Shown: positions 48,826 through 63,681, numbered from the stretch's first letter. The stretch: 64,000 nucleotides of DNA from Curvularia clavata (GCA_023920165.1 CP089280.1:2356001-2420000), one strand, 5' to 3'. Program-made: numbers and translations. The notes: a model not told the origin generated them from the letters alone.

Positions 48826-51112
48826 ATGGATCGAATGAGCACGCTCCCGACCATCAAATGCTCCTCGTGTGCCGTCGATATCGATATCCTCCACCTGGCC
48901 GACCATGTCTGCGCCGTGGCCCCCGCACCAGGTAAGAATCATGCCTCTCTGTACTACAAGCTTTGGCTTACCAGTCTTTCCAGCAGCGGCGGTCCCTGAA
49001 CCAATGTCGCCCACCTCAACAGTCATGTCGGACTCTCCACCACCAAGCCTCGCTTCAAAAATCAACCGCGCAGCAACTTTTGGAGGGCCAACGTTCAGCA
49101 ACCGGTCCGACCGTCCAGCGCCGACCGGCCGCATGCCTCCCCCTCCCCGTATTGATTCAAACGCAGCGAGTAAGCGACTGACAATGAGACTGATTTCGCA
49201 AACCCACGTGCTGATTTGTTTAGACAAACCGTTCAGGCCATTGGAACCTTCGCCTATCAACAAAGATCACGAACCTCGAAGTCGCTCCCCAGGATTGGCC
49301 CCGCCCCCACGATCTCCTTTTAAGATGAATCGCAGTGTAACAACACCAATAGACCAATCTAGGGCCCCTCCTTCGCCTGGCTACAGTTCAAACCTAGACT
49401 GTGCCTTTCCCCCATTCCGCCCAAAGACGCCCAAAAGCGCCAAACCCCAACCACGAGAACGCCTAGATCCCTATCAAAATTATGCCCAACCAAGCCCACT
49501 TTTTGCTCCACTCAGTCCACGCTTTGATGGAGGAGAGAACATCACCAAGCGCATGAACACTATTGCGCCAGGGCCGTTTGACGGAAAGTCTGAGCGGAGG
49601 CCGAGCAGATCGAGTGCGACAAACCAGGCGGCGGATGTGTTGCCGAGAGGGCACCAGAGGACAGGAACACAGGGCAGCGTCTTAAGCAACAGGAGCCTAC
49701 ACCAACAGCGATCTTCTGTAACTTCGAACACCTCGCACAGCTCTACATTCTCCACCCGCAGCGTCGGCCTCCCTTCTCACCCAAAGCTCAGCGTCGGAAG
49801 CATCCATGCGCTACCGCCAATGCCACCGACTGCAGAACAGACTGAGGGCATTGATGCCTTCTTAGACCGCTTGCAGAGGGAATCCTCGCACTCCTCTCGT
49901 CCATCTCAAGAAAAGATTACAGGCATGGAACCGACGCGACAGAACAGCAGAGACAGGAGAGTGCCCCCACCAAGGCCGAGGAGGCCCTCTGAAAGGGACT
50001 TACCACCCAGTGACATGAGTGAACTAGACCCACCTAACTTTTTCCCTATCAACAACACATTTCCTCCACAGGGCCCAGGTGCTAGTGGCTCTGAGAGTGA
50101 TGTACCGCGAGGTCTCTCACTGTCTCACTCATTGCGCCCTCCACCGCTGGCTGCTCCGGGACCTAGTGATGGGCAAAACGCCCTTCATACACCTTCAGAT
50201 TCTGGTTTCTCAGATGACTCCTACGCCAGTTCTGGTGTCCGAAGTGTAGCCAGTTCGAGATCAAGCCCGCCAGAATCGGAAGCTGCACACTCGCGCCAAG
50301 CTTCCAAGCTGGGCCGCTCAGACTATACCGCCGAGGAGAATCTAGAGAGGAGCGCAAGCCCAGACTCTTATGGAGAAGGGCCACCCACTCGAGCGCCCAG
50401 AAACTACATTCGTCCTGAAAGGCCAGAGGCATACTCACGCTCGCTCTCTCCAGGCCCTCGCCAGCACACATTTCCACCAAACGAATACAACAAATATCCA
50501 GAATCCCCAATTGACCCTGCTGTACAGATGGGCGCACGAACACCTCTAGGCATGTTCCCGAAAGACCCCATGGCTCAAGAGCCAAGGAGAAGCCCACCTA
50601 GGAGTATGACTGGACCCGAACCACGGCAAGCAGAAGCGCAACGACCTAAACCTGCCAGCAAGGGCAACTGCCGCGGTTGCTCCGAGCCCATTATCGGAAA
50701 GTCAGTCAAGGACTCTTCGGGTCGTCTTACCGGACGGTACCATAAGCATTGCTTTGTCTGCCGAGAATGTGCCGACCCCTTCCCCACGGCCGAGTTCTAT
50801 GTCTTCGAGAATTCGCCTTACTGCGAGCGACATTACCACAAGCTCAACGGGTCACTGTGCAACACTTGTAACCGCGGTATTGAGGGACAGTACCTCGAAA
50901 CAGATTCGCGTCAGAAATTCCATCCCAGGTGCTTCGCATGCTTTACCTGCCGCCTCATCTTGCGAGATGGTTACTTTGAGGTTGCTGGACGAAGATATTG
51001 TGAGCGACATGCCCATGCCGCCGCAGCGCCGCCGAGGAACCACCTCGGACCTGGAAATTACAGACCACGCGACCTCCAGAAACGTGGAACGAGACTCATG
51101 ATGATGGCGTAA
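48826..51112 (+). CDS. LIM-domain (paxillin-like) protein
   Basis: First exon MDRMSTLPTIKCSSCAVDIDILHLADHVC, Pro/Ser-rich middle, two C-terminal LIM domains (CRGC...HKHCFVC..C...CERH; CNTC...HPRCFAC..C...CERH). Confidence 0.85.
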
Positions 51113-52156
51113 GCTGTCCTTTTGTTTTTCCTTTGTCTACTGCATACCTGGTTTCCTTTGAATTTGTCATGTCCTTTAGCGCTTTCTTTTTCACTGGCAT
51201 CACATGAACATTCACCCTCTTCCTTCTTTTCTTGTCCGGCAAGCCCGATTTGTACCATATATTCTGCACTATACCCCTTACTCGATACATTCTTTACTCA
51301 TTGTAATCACCTTGTATACTACTAGCAGCTGGCGAGTGTGTGCGACTTGAGTAGGTGGTTCAGTGTGGTTGGATATATACCCCCTTTTCTTTTTTGTTTT
51401 ACAAATTTGTGGTCTCTGGAAGACTCACCTTGGCCTGTTGAATGCGGTCCGAACTTACGTATACGCCTGTCTGTAGTATACCTAATGTTTATTAATTCTC
51501 ATGATGGACTTTCAATATCAATTCAGCAGTACAGTTTATCCGAGTGATCTGTCATGTTGATGTCATCCTGCTTGATATCACAAAACTGGTGACGTTGGGC
51601 TCTAGGAACCGGCATTCTGGCTGACAATTCTTTAAGTGTTTGATACATCTAGGGGTACATGACCTCCACCATCCGATGACAGCCTCGACGCGACGACCAG
51701 TAAGTGGGTGGACTTAAGTACGCGCTGTCTTCAATGCGCCTCCAACAGCTGTGATTCAAGTCAATTGGCTCTACACGTACATCCCATAGTTGACGGTGGT
51801 GTTTGGTTGACACGTTACGCCTCGGGAGGCAATGATCCGCTCAACGCCACGACAACGTCTAGATGCATCAGAGCGTCTCCATATCCACAAGAAAGACAAG
51901 CCACCTTGCTGCAGCGGCGTTGCCTCGAAAACCCCACCACGTCCGAACAGCGTGGCCTCTTGGAGGTTCGGTAGGAGATTCGCGATGGCTCAGGGACGGA
52001 CTACGGCTAGCGCGCGCACGGATAATTTCCCCAGCGACACGTTGCGAAAGCTACAATACAAACCCCCCTCTCACATTCCATCTCAAGGCTGCTTTCAACC
52101 AACCTTTTTCACTTCTCCTTGTCCTTTTTCTTGCCCCCGGGCCATAGATCGCAATC

Positions 52157-53729
52157 ATGAGCGGCCGTAAGTCAATCCCTCCGCCCTCAATGGGCCGGCA
52201 AAAGCCCACGCGCAAACCAGGGCGCACAGCGACGGCACGCACAGCTAACACCGCGCAGTACGGTTCCTCGATCTTGTCAAGCCTTTTGTGCCTCTCGTCC
52301 CCGAGATTCAGCTGCCCGAGAGCAAGGTGCCGTTCAACAACCGCCTGGTATGGACTGGTCTCACGCTCCTCGTTTTCCTCGTCATGAGCCAGATGCCGCT
52401 CTACGGAATTGTGTCGTCTGATACTTCGGACCCGCTGTACTGGCTGCGTATGATGATGGCGAGTAACAGAGGTACGCTGATGGAGCTGGGTATTACCCCC
52501 ATCATCACCTCGGGCATGGTCTTCCAGCTTCTTGCCGGAACCCACCTGATTGACGTCAACCTTGACCTCAAGTCGGATCGCGAGCTCTACCAAACCGCTC
52601 AGAAGCTCCTGGCTATTCTCCTGTCCTTTGGTCAGGCCGTCGTCTATGTCATCTCTGGTCTCTACGGACAGCCATCCGACCTTGGTGCCGGTATCTGCGT
52701 TCTGCTCGTCATCCAGCTGATGATTGCTGGTTTGATTGTCATTCTCCTTGATGAGCTCCTCCAGAAGGGCTACGGTCTCGGCAGCGGTATCTCGCTCTTC
52801 ATTGCTACCAACATCTGCGAGTCCATCATGTGGAAGGCCTTTTCCCCCACCACCATCAACACTGGTCGTGGCCCGGAGTTCGAGGGTGCTCTCATTGCTC
52901 TCGTCCACCTGCTCTTCACCTGGCCCGACAAGACTGTTGCGCTCAAGGAGGCTTTCTACCGCCAGAACCTGCCCAACGTCATGAACCTGATCTCCACCGT
53001 TCTCGTCTTCGGCGCCGTCATCTACCTTCAGGGCTTCCGCGTCGAGATCCCGGTCAAGTCTGCCCGCCAGCGTGGTGTCCGCGGCTCGTACCCCGTCCGC
53101 CTGTTCTACACCTCCAACATGCCCATCATGCTGCAGTCGGCTCTGTCCTCCAACGTTTTCCTGATCAGCCAGATGCTGTACAGCCGCTTCTCTGACAACC
53201 TTCTGGTCAAGCTTCTCGGTGTCTGGGAGCCCAAGGAGGGCTCTGCTCAGCTTTTTGCTACTTCTGGTGTCGCTTACTACATGTGAGTTGCACAAGTCTA
53301 TTTTCACCTTTCTTGTTACTGACACGATACAGGTCCCCTCCTCTCAGCATCACTGAGGCTCTCTCTGACCCCCTGAAGACCGCCATCTTCATCGTCTACA
53401 TGCTCGTTGCCTGCGCCGTCTTCTCCAAGACCTGGATTGAGGTTTCTGGCTCGTCTCCCCGCGATGTTGCCAAGCAGCTCAAGGAGCAGGGTTTGGTCAT
53501 GGCTGGTCACCGTGAGGAGTCCATGTACAAGGAACTCAAGCGTGTCATCCCCACTGCGGCTGCTTTTGGCGGTGCCTGCATTGGAGCTTTGTCTGTTGGT
53601 AGCGACCTCCTCGGTGCTCTTGGTAGCGGTACTGGTATTCTTCTTGCCGTCACCATCATCTACGGATACTTTGAGATCGCCGCCAAGGAAGGCGACATGT
53701 CCGGTCTCAAGGGCATGGTCATGGGCTAG
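52157..53729 (+). CDS. SEC61: Protein translocon subunit Sec61 alpha
   Basis: MSG|(L)[69 protein letters not shown]; two introns. Confidence 0.97.
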
Positions 53730-56456
53730 ATTGGCTCATAGGAAGGACCTCGTGCCTTTTTTGGTTTTTTTGGAACGAGGATATGTGTAAGGGGTTGAGT
53801 GCTTTGTTCGCACGTTGTAACATATGAAATACGAAAACAAAAAGTACGCGATGGATATTCATGGCATTTACGTACCAAACGTGGCACCTGGCTGGGTCAC
53901 CATAGGCTAGTCGTGGTGTTAATGTATCATTCTTAACAGCAAGAAATGTGTATGGCCGAAATATCTATGCTGTGACGGGTTTCTAAGTCCGGTGATGTAT
54001 GTTGTGGGGCTGGTACGAGTGAGCGTAATATGTGACTTGGCTTGACGAATGCGAACTGTGTCATATACAACTGTCGGCATATTCTAAGCTTGCCATGGTA
54101 GATTTTGGGACGATTGTATCTCACTGTCGGATGCGGAAGGTTATCAGCTACCAATATTTCATGCGGCGTACATAAGTACATTGGAGAGCTGGTGGGTCGA
54201 TATCGTTCGAGTGATGTTAAAGCGAGCGTCTACTATTGTCGCATTCTTGTGCTGAATATTTGTAGCAAGAGCTGAGTGATTGCGGAGGCTATGTCGTCTC
54301 GAGAATAGCTTACTCGGATGGATGGTCAGTGTATGTGGCTTGAATACGGCGTTGCTCTAAGGAAGAATAATACGTAACAACTTTGGATATATCAAGGTAC
54401 CGTGAAATCTTGGATTGAATATCCTGAAATGTTCTATGCCTTGTGCTCAGCTCACCTCATGACTTTCTGTATTCTGTAACTTTTGAACAGCTCTTTGAAT
54501 GTGACTGGTGGTACTTTATTGGCTGTACAGATGGGTGGGTGGAAGGTGCATATTCGCTGTTATTCGAACATCCCTTTCCAGATGACTGTCATACGGATCT
54601 AACTAGCAGACTGATATCTTCTCCGTGCTTCTTCGTCTGCAATACCCTCTGTCAATCCCAGTGTTTCAAAAATGTTGTATCCTTTCTCCGTTAGACATTT
54701 GTCCTGTCAAAGTTTAAAGTATTGTGTTGTATAGTGATAGGCCATGTACCGTTGTAATTGGCTCCTGACGTATTGTTTTTGCAGTAAAGGGAGGGCTAAC
54801 ACTGTCATTACTATTCACGAGCCGGGCATTTGCATCCTGGGGGCAATGTTTATCGACGCTTATCGAATGTTATTGCTCTTATAACTAGTTTTGTCAATCT
54901 TGACGCCGAATTGTTGAAGTCTTAGATTGAGCCTTTTTGTAATTGCTTGGGCTGCCTCGTTAATGCTGAGCAAAACCACGACCACAACGTCAACAACTTA
55001 TGTCACTATCTCATCAATGTCATAGTCGATATGAATCAATGCGTTGGTAGAGCTATGCTCAGTCGTTCTGATGTTTTGTTTCATGTGCATTGGGATTTGA
55101 ATGTATCTCAATCCCAAGAGAACTTATCTTATTTTCTATTGACAACTTGTATTCATTCTACCAACGTTGTGTTTTTTGTGCCGAGATCTTTACCGTTGAA
55201 GATGGTTTCAATATCCGATAGCATCTTTTAGTCTTGTACAAAGTCTTCAATCACTCATCATAGAACCTGACAATGTCGCGGTTCCTACCAGAACTATGTG
55301 ACTACTCCACTGGAAGATCTGTCTTCCAGTGTAAAACATGTCCTTGAGCCCCTAATTGGGTCTCAGGTTAACATATTATCGTTGAGGAATACAAAAACTC
55401 CTTTGCTCGAGTATCCTATCCCGAAGAATACGGACAAAATGGAACAAAATCTGAGGCCACAAGGAGGTCACACATCAAGCCTAGGGATTAGAGTAGTTCG
55501 CGTAAAGGACATTCCAGGTCTGAACTATGCCAAAGATATGTGAGATCTGCGAATGCAAGGTAGAGTGGGCGTTGAGGGTCACAAAAGAGTATCCAATTGC
55601 TTAGATCAGGGCAGGCGAAAAATGCAATTTCAAGAACTGAGTTAACTTAGCAGACTACAGCCCTGGTGTCAACCGGATCGAGAAACGAGTTATAATGAAA
55701 CAGCATGAGAGACAGAGTTTCCATGCTGAAAAAGAGTAGGGAGATGAGTATCTGGTTCACGAAGAACAATTATTCACTCTCACAGCGAAGAAAAAGCAAA
55801 TTATCCTTACTATATCAATGCCGTCTACAAGGGAAAATGGCTTGCATTTGTCGGCAAGGCAATATTTGAGCTCAAGGCAAACAATAACTCCACCTATCAA
55901 ATCCTACATTAACAGTAGTGGTTCTGTGTGACTTAATTCCAACCAAGTCATATGCAGGTATTCGTTACTTTTCAGCACAAGCCCGCCAACGATGCTTCTA
56001 ACATGATTCACCACTAAGCACCAGAAATTCTTAAACACGCTTTGCCCAATATCAAAAGACTATAGTATTATCACCAACCCGACCCTAGACTCCACCACTC
56101 GTCTCCACTGTCCCTTGTTATCAGGCACACTATCTAGCCCCGCACCAAGTCCACGTGACACCGCATCGACCTTCCCAACCCGTCCACCACCCGCCAGCTC
56201 TGCATGCGCGACAAGCTTCACAGAAGCAAGAAGAGAAAGAGGAATGGCTGGGATACTTGATAATGGCTAGACTTCGTATCCTACAATACTCAATTACACA
56301 TATCAACCTCTTACCCACCTTACCTTTGTGAAAAAAGCATTTCAATCCTCCCCGCTATCGGTTCACAATCTATCTTCCTAAAGGCTTACCTAGGCACTGA
56401 GCATATCTACGTACCTGCACACGCACGCACAAACGAACAAACGACGGATAGACAAG

Positions 56457-57188
56457 ATGACGATCCTCGTCTCCCGCATGACCGAATCCGATATTGACGG
56501 CGCCATCGACACCATCCAACTCGCCTTCGCAGCAGACCCCTACAACCTCTGGATCTACCCGGACCGCTCCAAGGTCTCTCTCGTACGGAACCGCGTCTCA
56601 CTCACTCTACGCTGCAAATGGGGGATATCCCACGGCCTCTTCTACGTCGCACGCGAGTCGTCTAATCCCGACAAAATCCTCGGCTGCGCAATGTGGCTGC
56701 CTCCCCACCCTACCTCTGAACCTGAATCCTGGTCGCTGTACCTCTCACACTGGTGGCTGTGGCTGTGCCAGATACGTATGAATGCGTGGTACGGTCGCGG
56801 CGGGCTGTCGACAACGCGGTACTGGATTTGGAAGGCGAGGCAGGCGGAAGCCCAGAAGGAGCTGTGGACGGATCCGAATGGGTATTATTTTTGTAATATT
56901 TTGACCGTCTTGCCGGAGTGGCAGGGGAAAGGGGTCGGTACGGCGCTCGCGCTCGAAGTGTTGCGCATGGCGGATAAGGAAGGGAGGAGGTGCTATCTAG
57001 AGAGTAGTAGGAGGGTGCCCAATGTGGCGATTTATGAAAAGTTTGGGTTCAAGTTGGTCAAGGAGATGGAGTGTAGGGATGGAGAGAGGGAGGAAGATGC
57101 CATTACATTGTTTTGTATGATTAGAGAGCCGCAGGGTAAGCAAGGGGAAGGGGATGGTGCTGAGGCGGTGGAGCGAACAAAGTCGTGA
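56457..57188 (+). CDS. GNAT-family N-acetyltransferase
   Basis: 243-aa ORF; acetyl-CoA motif LTVLPEWQGKGVG, YLESS, NVAIYEKFGF. Confidence 0.9.
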   Translation: MTILVSRMTESDIDGAIDTIQLAFAADPYNLWIYPDRSKVSLVRNRVSLTLRCKWGISHGLFYVARESSNPDKILGCAMWLPPHPTSEPESWSLYLSHWWLWLCQIRMNAWYGRGGLSTTRYWIWKARQAEAQKELWTDPNGYYFCNILTVLPEWQGKGVGTALALEVLRMADKEGRRCYLESSRRVPNVAIYEKFGFKLVKEMECRDGEREEDAITLFCMIREPQGKQGEGDGAEAVERTKS

Positions 57189-60100
57189 TGGAATTAAAGA
57201 CTTAGATGTTTGGATGATGAATCATTCCCATACAGTCAAGGGAGACTGAGACCGAGACTCTCCACCGTCCTTCACTCAACCCAACCCATCGTTTAGGGAA
57301 ATGGACAAAGTTCGATGTTCCCGCTCATGATTACTGATCATCCCAGGACAAACATCTGGCCAGTTCAGGTTGGTGATCGACAGTGACGTGATGAAGAATC
57401 GAGAAGAAGAAAGACGGAGCCTGGCCGCGCGTGTTGGAGGTGATAGTGGATATTAGTTCTGCCATGCCACTCGTCTGTTTTCATTCAATCACCTTCCACA
57501 GCACCATGGCCCCTACACCTTCAACAAGGCAGCAGCTCGGGATATCCGGTGACGGTCGATAAACCGTCAGACCATTGGCCTAATACACCGGGACTCTCGG
57601 ACCTCGAAAGATTGATGTAACACTGACACATTGAGCAAATGCTGTTATATTTTACCCAGCCTATTACACATGCGGAGGGCAATATCGACCACATAAGACC
57701 TATTTTTTTCTTCTCCGGAACACGACGACTAGCCAGTTAAAAAGGGCCGGTGATTAAAAACAAAAAAACAAACATTCTTATCTACTGCGACCCCGCGGCT
57801 GCGCCCGCTCCCAGTCAGCTACGTCATGACTATGCTCACTCACCCAACGTTACATACGTGTATGTATGTACGGCAGCCCGTCTCCGCGCGCAGAGCCTGT
57901 TCGAAAAACAATCATCATCAATCAAAAGCGATAATCATCATGGGCCCACGAGAACCAACCACGACCAAGGGTTATCTTACCGCTAAGGCGTAGATCCAAA
58001 AAGTCGTTGGATGGGTCCAAAGCGAAAGTGCCAAAAGACCCCCCCAACCCCGCTATTGTAGCGTTTTCGTCATGATCGGCGGTCATGCAGGTGGGCTCTA
58101 GGTGTACCGAACCCAACCCCCGTCCTGAGGTATGACAATGACCCCTCCCTCGTTTTCTGGCTGGCGTTAGCTCTTTGCACTAGAGCAGATCGAATCGAGA
58201 TGCATGATGCTTTTTCTTTTTGCCTCCACGGGCCGTTGGAGAGATGGAGGTGGTGTGTGGCAGGGCTCTGCTTTTTTCCTCATTGGGCATGACGCTCAAT
58301 GGTTGGTGGCCTAAAGGTAGGTATCGGGCCGTATAGTCGTAGTGCCTGTACTCCTATGTACTCCTCATGTAAGGTGTTCGGGTTTCGTGCCTGGCTGCGA
58401 GTGATCAGGCAGCCGGAAGATCATGAACTAGGTTGTGGGATCAAGAGACTTGATTCATTGGTTTTTCACTCATGTTCGAGGTTGGGCATGGCCAGTTGAT
58501 GAACTTGGATAAAGAAGCAAGTCGGCCGCACCCAGCACTCTGGAGATCTGGCGTGACTTTTTTTCTTTGCTTCTCTCTATTACAGACTCGCCTAAGAGTA
58601 TTGCCGACAATGATGTCTGGGCATAAGCTTGTACGGTGTATATTCGGCATTTACGCAGCGTTACAGCGGTTGAATAGAGTGGTGTTAAGGGGACCAGGTA
58701 GCATGGGTGTGGGAGATGAGTGTGGACGCAACAACGGCTCAGATTTACTCGTAATCGTCTCGAGGGATGATTGTCGGTGAGATGACACCCATGATCCGGA
58801 GCTTCCTGGTTCCGGACAGCTACTCGGTGTGACCTAGAAACATTGCCAGTCGATAGTATCGAGGACATGGTCAAAAGCAAAAACCCACTTAGGACTGGAG
58901 GAAGGTGTGTGTTCGTGTTGGGCGCAAAATAATGTTTATGAATGCGGAAAGTCACACACACACACGCATGGGTCAGGAGCCAAAAAGCTATTAGTTACTG
59001 TCTTCCGCGGCTGGCCAGTAGCTGCCCGACATTTGACAAGTGCATTCTAGTCTGCGACTTCGCAGTGCGGCGCGCTTGCATGTATCCACCAAGACAAGCG
59101 TGTATAGAACGAGCAACTATAATGGACTATGGTACCACTCAGTGAGTGCAGCGATGGGACGGGCGGGCTGATGACTTGATTGTTGGGCAGCGAGTGGCAG
59201 CGGAAGAAGCGGAAGTAGAAAAAAACAAGAGTGATGAAACGCACACCGGAGGTTGAGCCACCCTGTTATGCCATGTCGAGGTCATGCTGGAGCGGTCTGT
59301 TTGGGGATGAAGGGGGGTAAGTTGTGCCAGGCCGTGGATCACTGTGGACGCTTCTCAAAGGAGGGGTAGTATTGCGGACAGTGGTGGAGCGCGTACTAAC
59401 CGCAGCGGCGTAAAAACATCGGTGTATGTGTCGACAAAGGGAGAGACCGGGCAGCCGTGGTCATCAGACCGGGGACGAGGGCAGGTGGGAAGGCGGCAAG
59501 CCGGGCAATAAGCGACTTGCGTAAACTCGACACAGCGATCAATCCTTTTTGTGTCGGGGCCCAAAAATAGGCGTTCAATATATGGAGATGCCGCTAATCA
59601 GTATCATGCAGGCGTGACTCCTTTTGCGCACATTGGCAAGCGAATAGACAGTTTTTTAAGGGTGGACGCCGCTGAGTGGTCGGGGCCGACTATGACAAGA
59701 CCACGTAAGCACATGGTTTAGCCTAGAGGCGGTTTGTCGATCTGGTGAGGTGAAAAAAACATAACCCACGGATGGTGCATGCATGGATGCATAATAGCAC
59801 CCGCAGGGCCTGTCTGCACCGTCATTGCACCTGATGAGGTACCTGCAAACGATGATGGGCTTGTCTTAGTAGCAGGCGCCAGGATGGAAGATCCCAAAAA
59901 CCCCTTGTTGGTCGGGATAGGCGCAGTAGCACCGAGGCTGGCGTCGTTTTCGACACACGGGCTGATGTGACGGCGGTGGGATGCATGACTGGCAGGCTAC
60001 CAGGCAGTTTTGGCTTACACGCGAGTAGTGAGAGTTGTATACGATGTCGACTAGGGGGCGGCCGCTGGGAAGATTAAAGCGGAGTGGCATTGCCGCTTTG

Positions 60101-60194
60101 GTGCGTAGTATTACAAAGAGTCAGATCGGTGCTTTAGCCATATCGGGTAAGCTTTGTGCCTCGAAGTGGCCCGACCTCGGATACTGCCAGTGTA

Positions 60195-60214
60195 TGTGTG
60201 TGTGTGTGTGTGTG
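60195..60214 (+). repeat. (TG)10 microsatellite
   Basis: Read directly from the sequence. Confidence 0.9.
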
Positions 60215-63200
60215 TTGTGCTGATTGAGAAACTTTGCTTCTATATTAGCTGCCATGTCGACGCCTGTTGCATCAGCAAGCGCCTTGTTCTCGCCATGAAT
60301 CATGGCGATAGCCGGAATCCTTTTGCTCGCAATGTGTTGTATGCAAGGGATGATGCACTGAGATGGCGAACCGGATCGTTGCGACAAGGAGGTTGGTTCA
60401 TTGTCGAGCAAGCGGCAGAAGCAAAACAAACGCCAGTCTGCCTCAAAACGAGTCACTGCCCAACCTAGCGGTACGGCAGGCCTGCGAGCGTAGCATAAAG
60501 TACACCGACTACCAAGTTTCACCAGCTGCGACGCGTCGTGTGAAAAGCCAACACACACACGCACAAGTGCGTGGATCTGATCCCTACCGTCGTAGCAAGT
60601 GCTCACGTTACTTTTTTTTTTGCGCAAGCCGAGCGGCTGTGACGAGGTCTGTTGTGTCGGCCGAACGGCATCAAGGGGTAGTTGGCCTTGAGGACGGCAT
60701 GCCGCCCCTTGGCTGCCACTACACATCACCGCTCATGTGTGATTGCCATGCTGGGTGGAGAGTAGTTGCGTTAGCAGGATTGGATACGGACGTGAATGAC
60801 CCGTGTTGTTGCTAGGCGTCGCCCACAATCTGCCGAGCTAGAAGAACAAGTGTGAGCTTTTGCGGTGGTGCTGATGTCTGAGGTGCATAGTGCGACTGGA
60901 ACCCGGCAAATGTCAATACCAGCACCAACGTCAGGAGGCTCACCGACGATTAGTGTGGCTGCTGATCCAAGAGAGGACTCAGGAGCAAGCGACGGAGGAC
61001 GGCGATTGGTTGTCCCCGGAGGGCTCGACGTTGAACAAGCGCAAGTGGGCAGTCGAGCCGCCTGGCAAGGCTAATGCTCGCAGCCAGGTTCAAGTGCCGC
61101 CACAGCTGCAAGAGAAATTCGTGTTTGACGTCGCCCTAGAGGGGGGGTCTAGAACACGGGCATCACATCGGGCATGCGAGGCAAGTCTAGCAGCGATGGT
61201 CGTCATCCACAAATAATGCGGCTACCGAGCGCACCATTTTCTTGTTGAAGCAGACAGTTTATTGGCCTTGGGGGCGTCGTGTTTGATTGGCACCACGGAC
61301 TGGGGACGGATTCCGGTTGCTGAGAGCAGATGGATATTTTGGGGCGATACGAGGGCGAGGCGCCGCGCTGCACCCTGGATGGGTTGTGTGATGTAGATTG
61401 GTGTCGGAGGACCGATGCGGAGGCCACATGAACAAGGAGACACAGTGTGGCAGCAAAATGGCCTGGCGACCAAATGTGGAGATGGGCTTTGTTATCGACA
61501 GGGGGGCGTGACGCAGTGGGATCAAGCGGCTAGCGTGGGCGGCGGCGCCGCTTATACCGCAAGTTTTGTTCTGCCTAGTCTTTTCCACGATGAGACGCCA
61601 CGTTTGAGACCCACTCGACTCGTGGACCGGGCGCTGGTACGTCATTCAAGGGTTTCTTTCCCGTGTTGCAGATTGCCGGAGTGGGCGTAGCACAAATGGG
61701 CAGCTGAATACGCTTTGATGAGGTGCAGGATCCGCGCGGCGTCAACCCAGGCCAAGCAAAGCAGGTGTGCCCCCGGAAGGAGCCCGGAAATGGCCTTGTC
61801 GGAAACGACAATCTCGATTTGACCAGGCCAACAGGGCACCAGACGGGTAAGTACTAAAGCATGGCGAGTCTGAATCGTGCAAATGGCTTGCAGGCCATCT
61901 TGGGCCCGAGTATGGATGGCACGACAGGTCGTCTCGAGCTGCTGACAGGCAACGGCACGATGCAGGTCAGCACTCAGGACCTGGAGGCGGCGGATTGCAG
62001 CCTTGGTGAGAGTGTGTAAACCTGTGTACTAATATGTGGGTGTGGGTGTGGGTGTGAGTACAGGCAGGCAGCCAGCAAGCAAGCAAGCAAGCGACGGTGA
62101 CAGCTCGGTGCTTACTTTTCCGCGTACAAGCTCATGTTGTGATGCATAGTGTGGTACGACTGCGCCGCAATTTTTTTTCTGCGTGGATCAAAGTGGCCGA
62201 GGCTGGCTGGCAGTGTCGACTGACTAGGCGTGTGATTGTGAGTTACAGAGTCGTGGTTGTTGGTTGGTCATGGCTGCGACAGTGCCAGGTGCCGGCTGTA
62301 TCCGTCTGTGCAAAGCGCAGCAGGCATGGCGAGAGCAGCCAAGTGGCCGTTTTGATAAGGCACTTTGTCCATGGTCAATGGCAAAGTGGTATACTGGTTT
62401 TGGCGAGCAGATGCAAGCCCCCTGACAGGATTGCTCATGGTTTGAACGACAGCGCAGCGCACAACCATGGCTGTGCCCGCGTTGGACCGCCGCCGATCAT
62501 TCAGACGGGACGAAACCAGGGTTCTTTCTCGGCGCTTCGGCTGCATCTCATCAGCGCCCGCCCCGGGGATTTCTGCTTGTCGAACGGCATTGCTGTTTTG
62601 GGCGTGGTCGCCGTGGGGTTGATGTTCCAGGGGGGCGGCCTAACGAGGGCCTGAGCTTGAGCAGAGTGCAGCGAGCATCTGTGGTGATGATCGGGACCGT
62701 CGAGCAGCGTGCATGGCTGGCGATGCCATTGTGTGCAGCAGAGAGGGCCATGCCATGTCGCGCAAGGGGAGGGGACCCCAGAGTCGCGCGAGCAGCGCAG
62801 GTCAGGCAGGTCCAGAGGGGCAGCTGGCATGGATTGTGTCGCCAGTGACATTGCGGGCAGTGAACGCGCGTATCGATGGGCATGGCTGCCGAGTAGGCAA
62901 TAATGCCGTCGCGGTGGTGCAGCAGAGAGCCCACTGTGGCCGTGTTTCGATTAGCAGAGGGCAGGCATGGTTTCAAGGCGTACTGTGGTGTGGAGCACGG
63001 CGCTGGCCAAACGTTAAAGTGGTTCTTTTTTTTTCTTCTTCATATCTCGGCGCTGCCTAAGCCCGCCGTGGCGGCACATGAGGCCGGGCGTGGTGAGTAC
63101 CAATCTCCGCGTGCGCCCCCGCCGTTGGCTGTGTGACGCAGGCCGGCGGTGCATGCATGGCAGTGTGTATATGTACGGTACATGTGCATGTGAGTGTGAG

Positions 63201-63651
63201 GGAGCGAGAGTGGGTGGGAGCGAAAGTGGGGATGCTAAGGACATGGATGCGGACATGGGCAGGGCGAGTGTGGAGACACTGAGTGCACGTCGCGCAGTTG
63301 GCAGGGGCGACGTGGGTGGGCGCGATTTCTGGAAGGCGCTCGGCTAGCGTCTGGACCAATGGCGGCGCCGCCCCAGCGCCCACCCCAGATCGCGCTTGGA
63401 TTCCCAAGGCCAGCACAGTGGTTTGCCGGCTGCACGCGCGACCACGCAGGAGGCGCTGGGTTTACTGGCAATGTGGATGCGCTGAGCGGGTGCTGCACTC
63501 ATTCACCGTCTGCTGCACTGGCCTGGCCTGGCGCCAGCTTGGGTTGGCCCGCCCCGGCTGTATGCTGCTCTCCTGGCCGCCCTGATTGGCTGCAGCCCAG
63601 ATCCCGCCAAAACATGTCGTAGCATCCATCCATGATCCCATCTAATCCACC

Positions 63652-63681
63652 GCACCAGCACCAGCACCAGCACCAGCACCA
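63652..63681 (+). repeat. (GCACCA)5 hexanucleotide microsatellite
   Basis: Read directly from the sequence. Confidence 0.9.

Noticed and set aside
52051..53325. 424-aa ORF antisense to SEC61
   Set aside because: Typical shadow ORF from strong codon bias; similar ones overlap TKL1, INO1 and G-alpha.
55308..55331. Perfect 10-bp hairpin CACTGGAAGA-TCTG-TCTTCCAGTG
   Set aside because: One such stem is roughly expected by chance in 64 kb; no supporting context.
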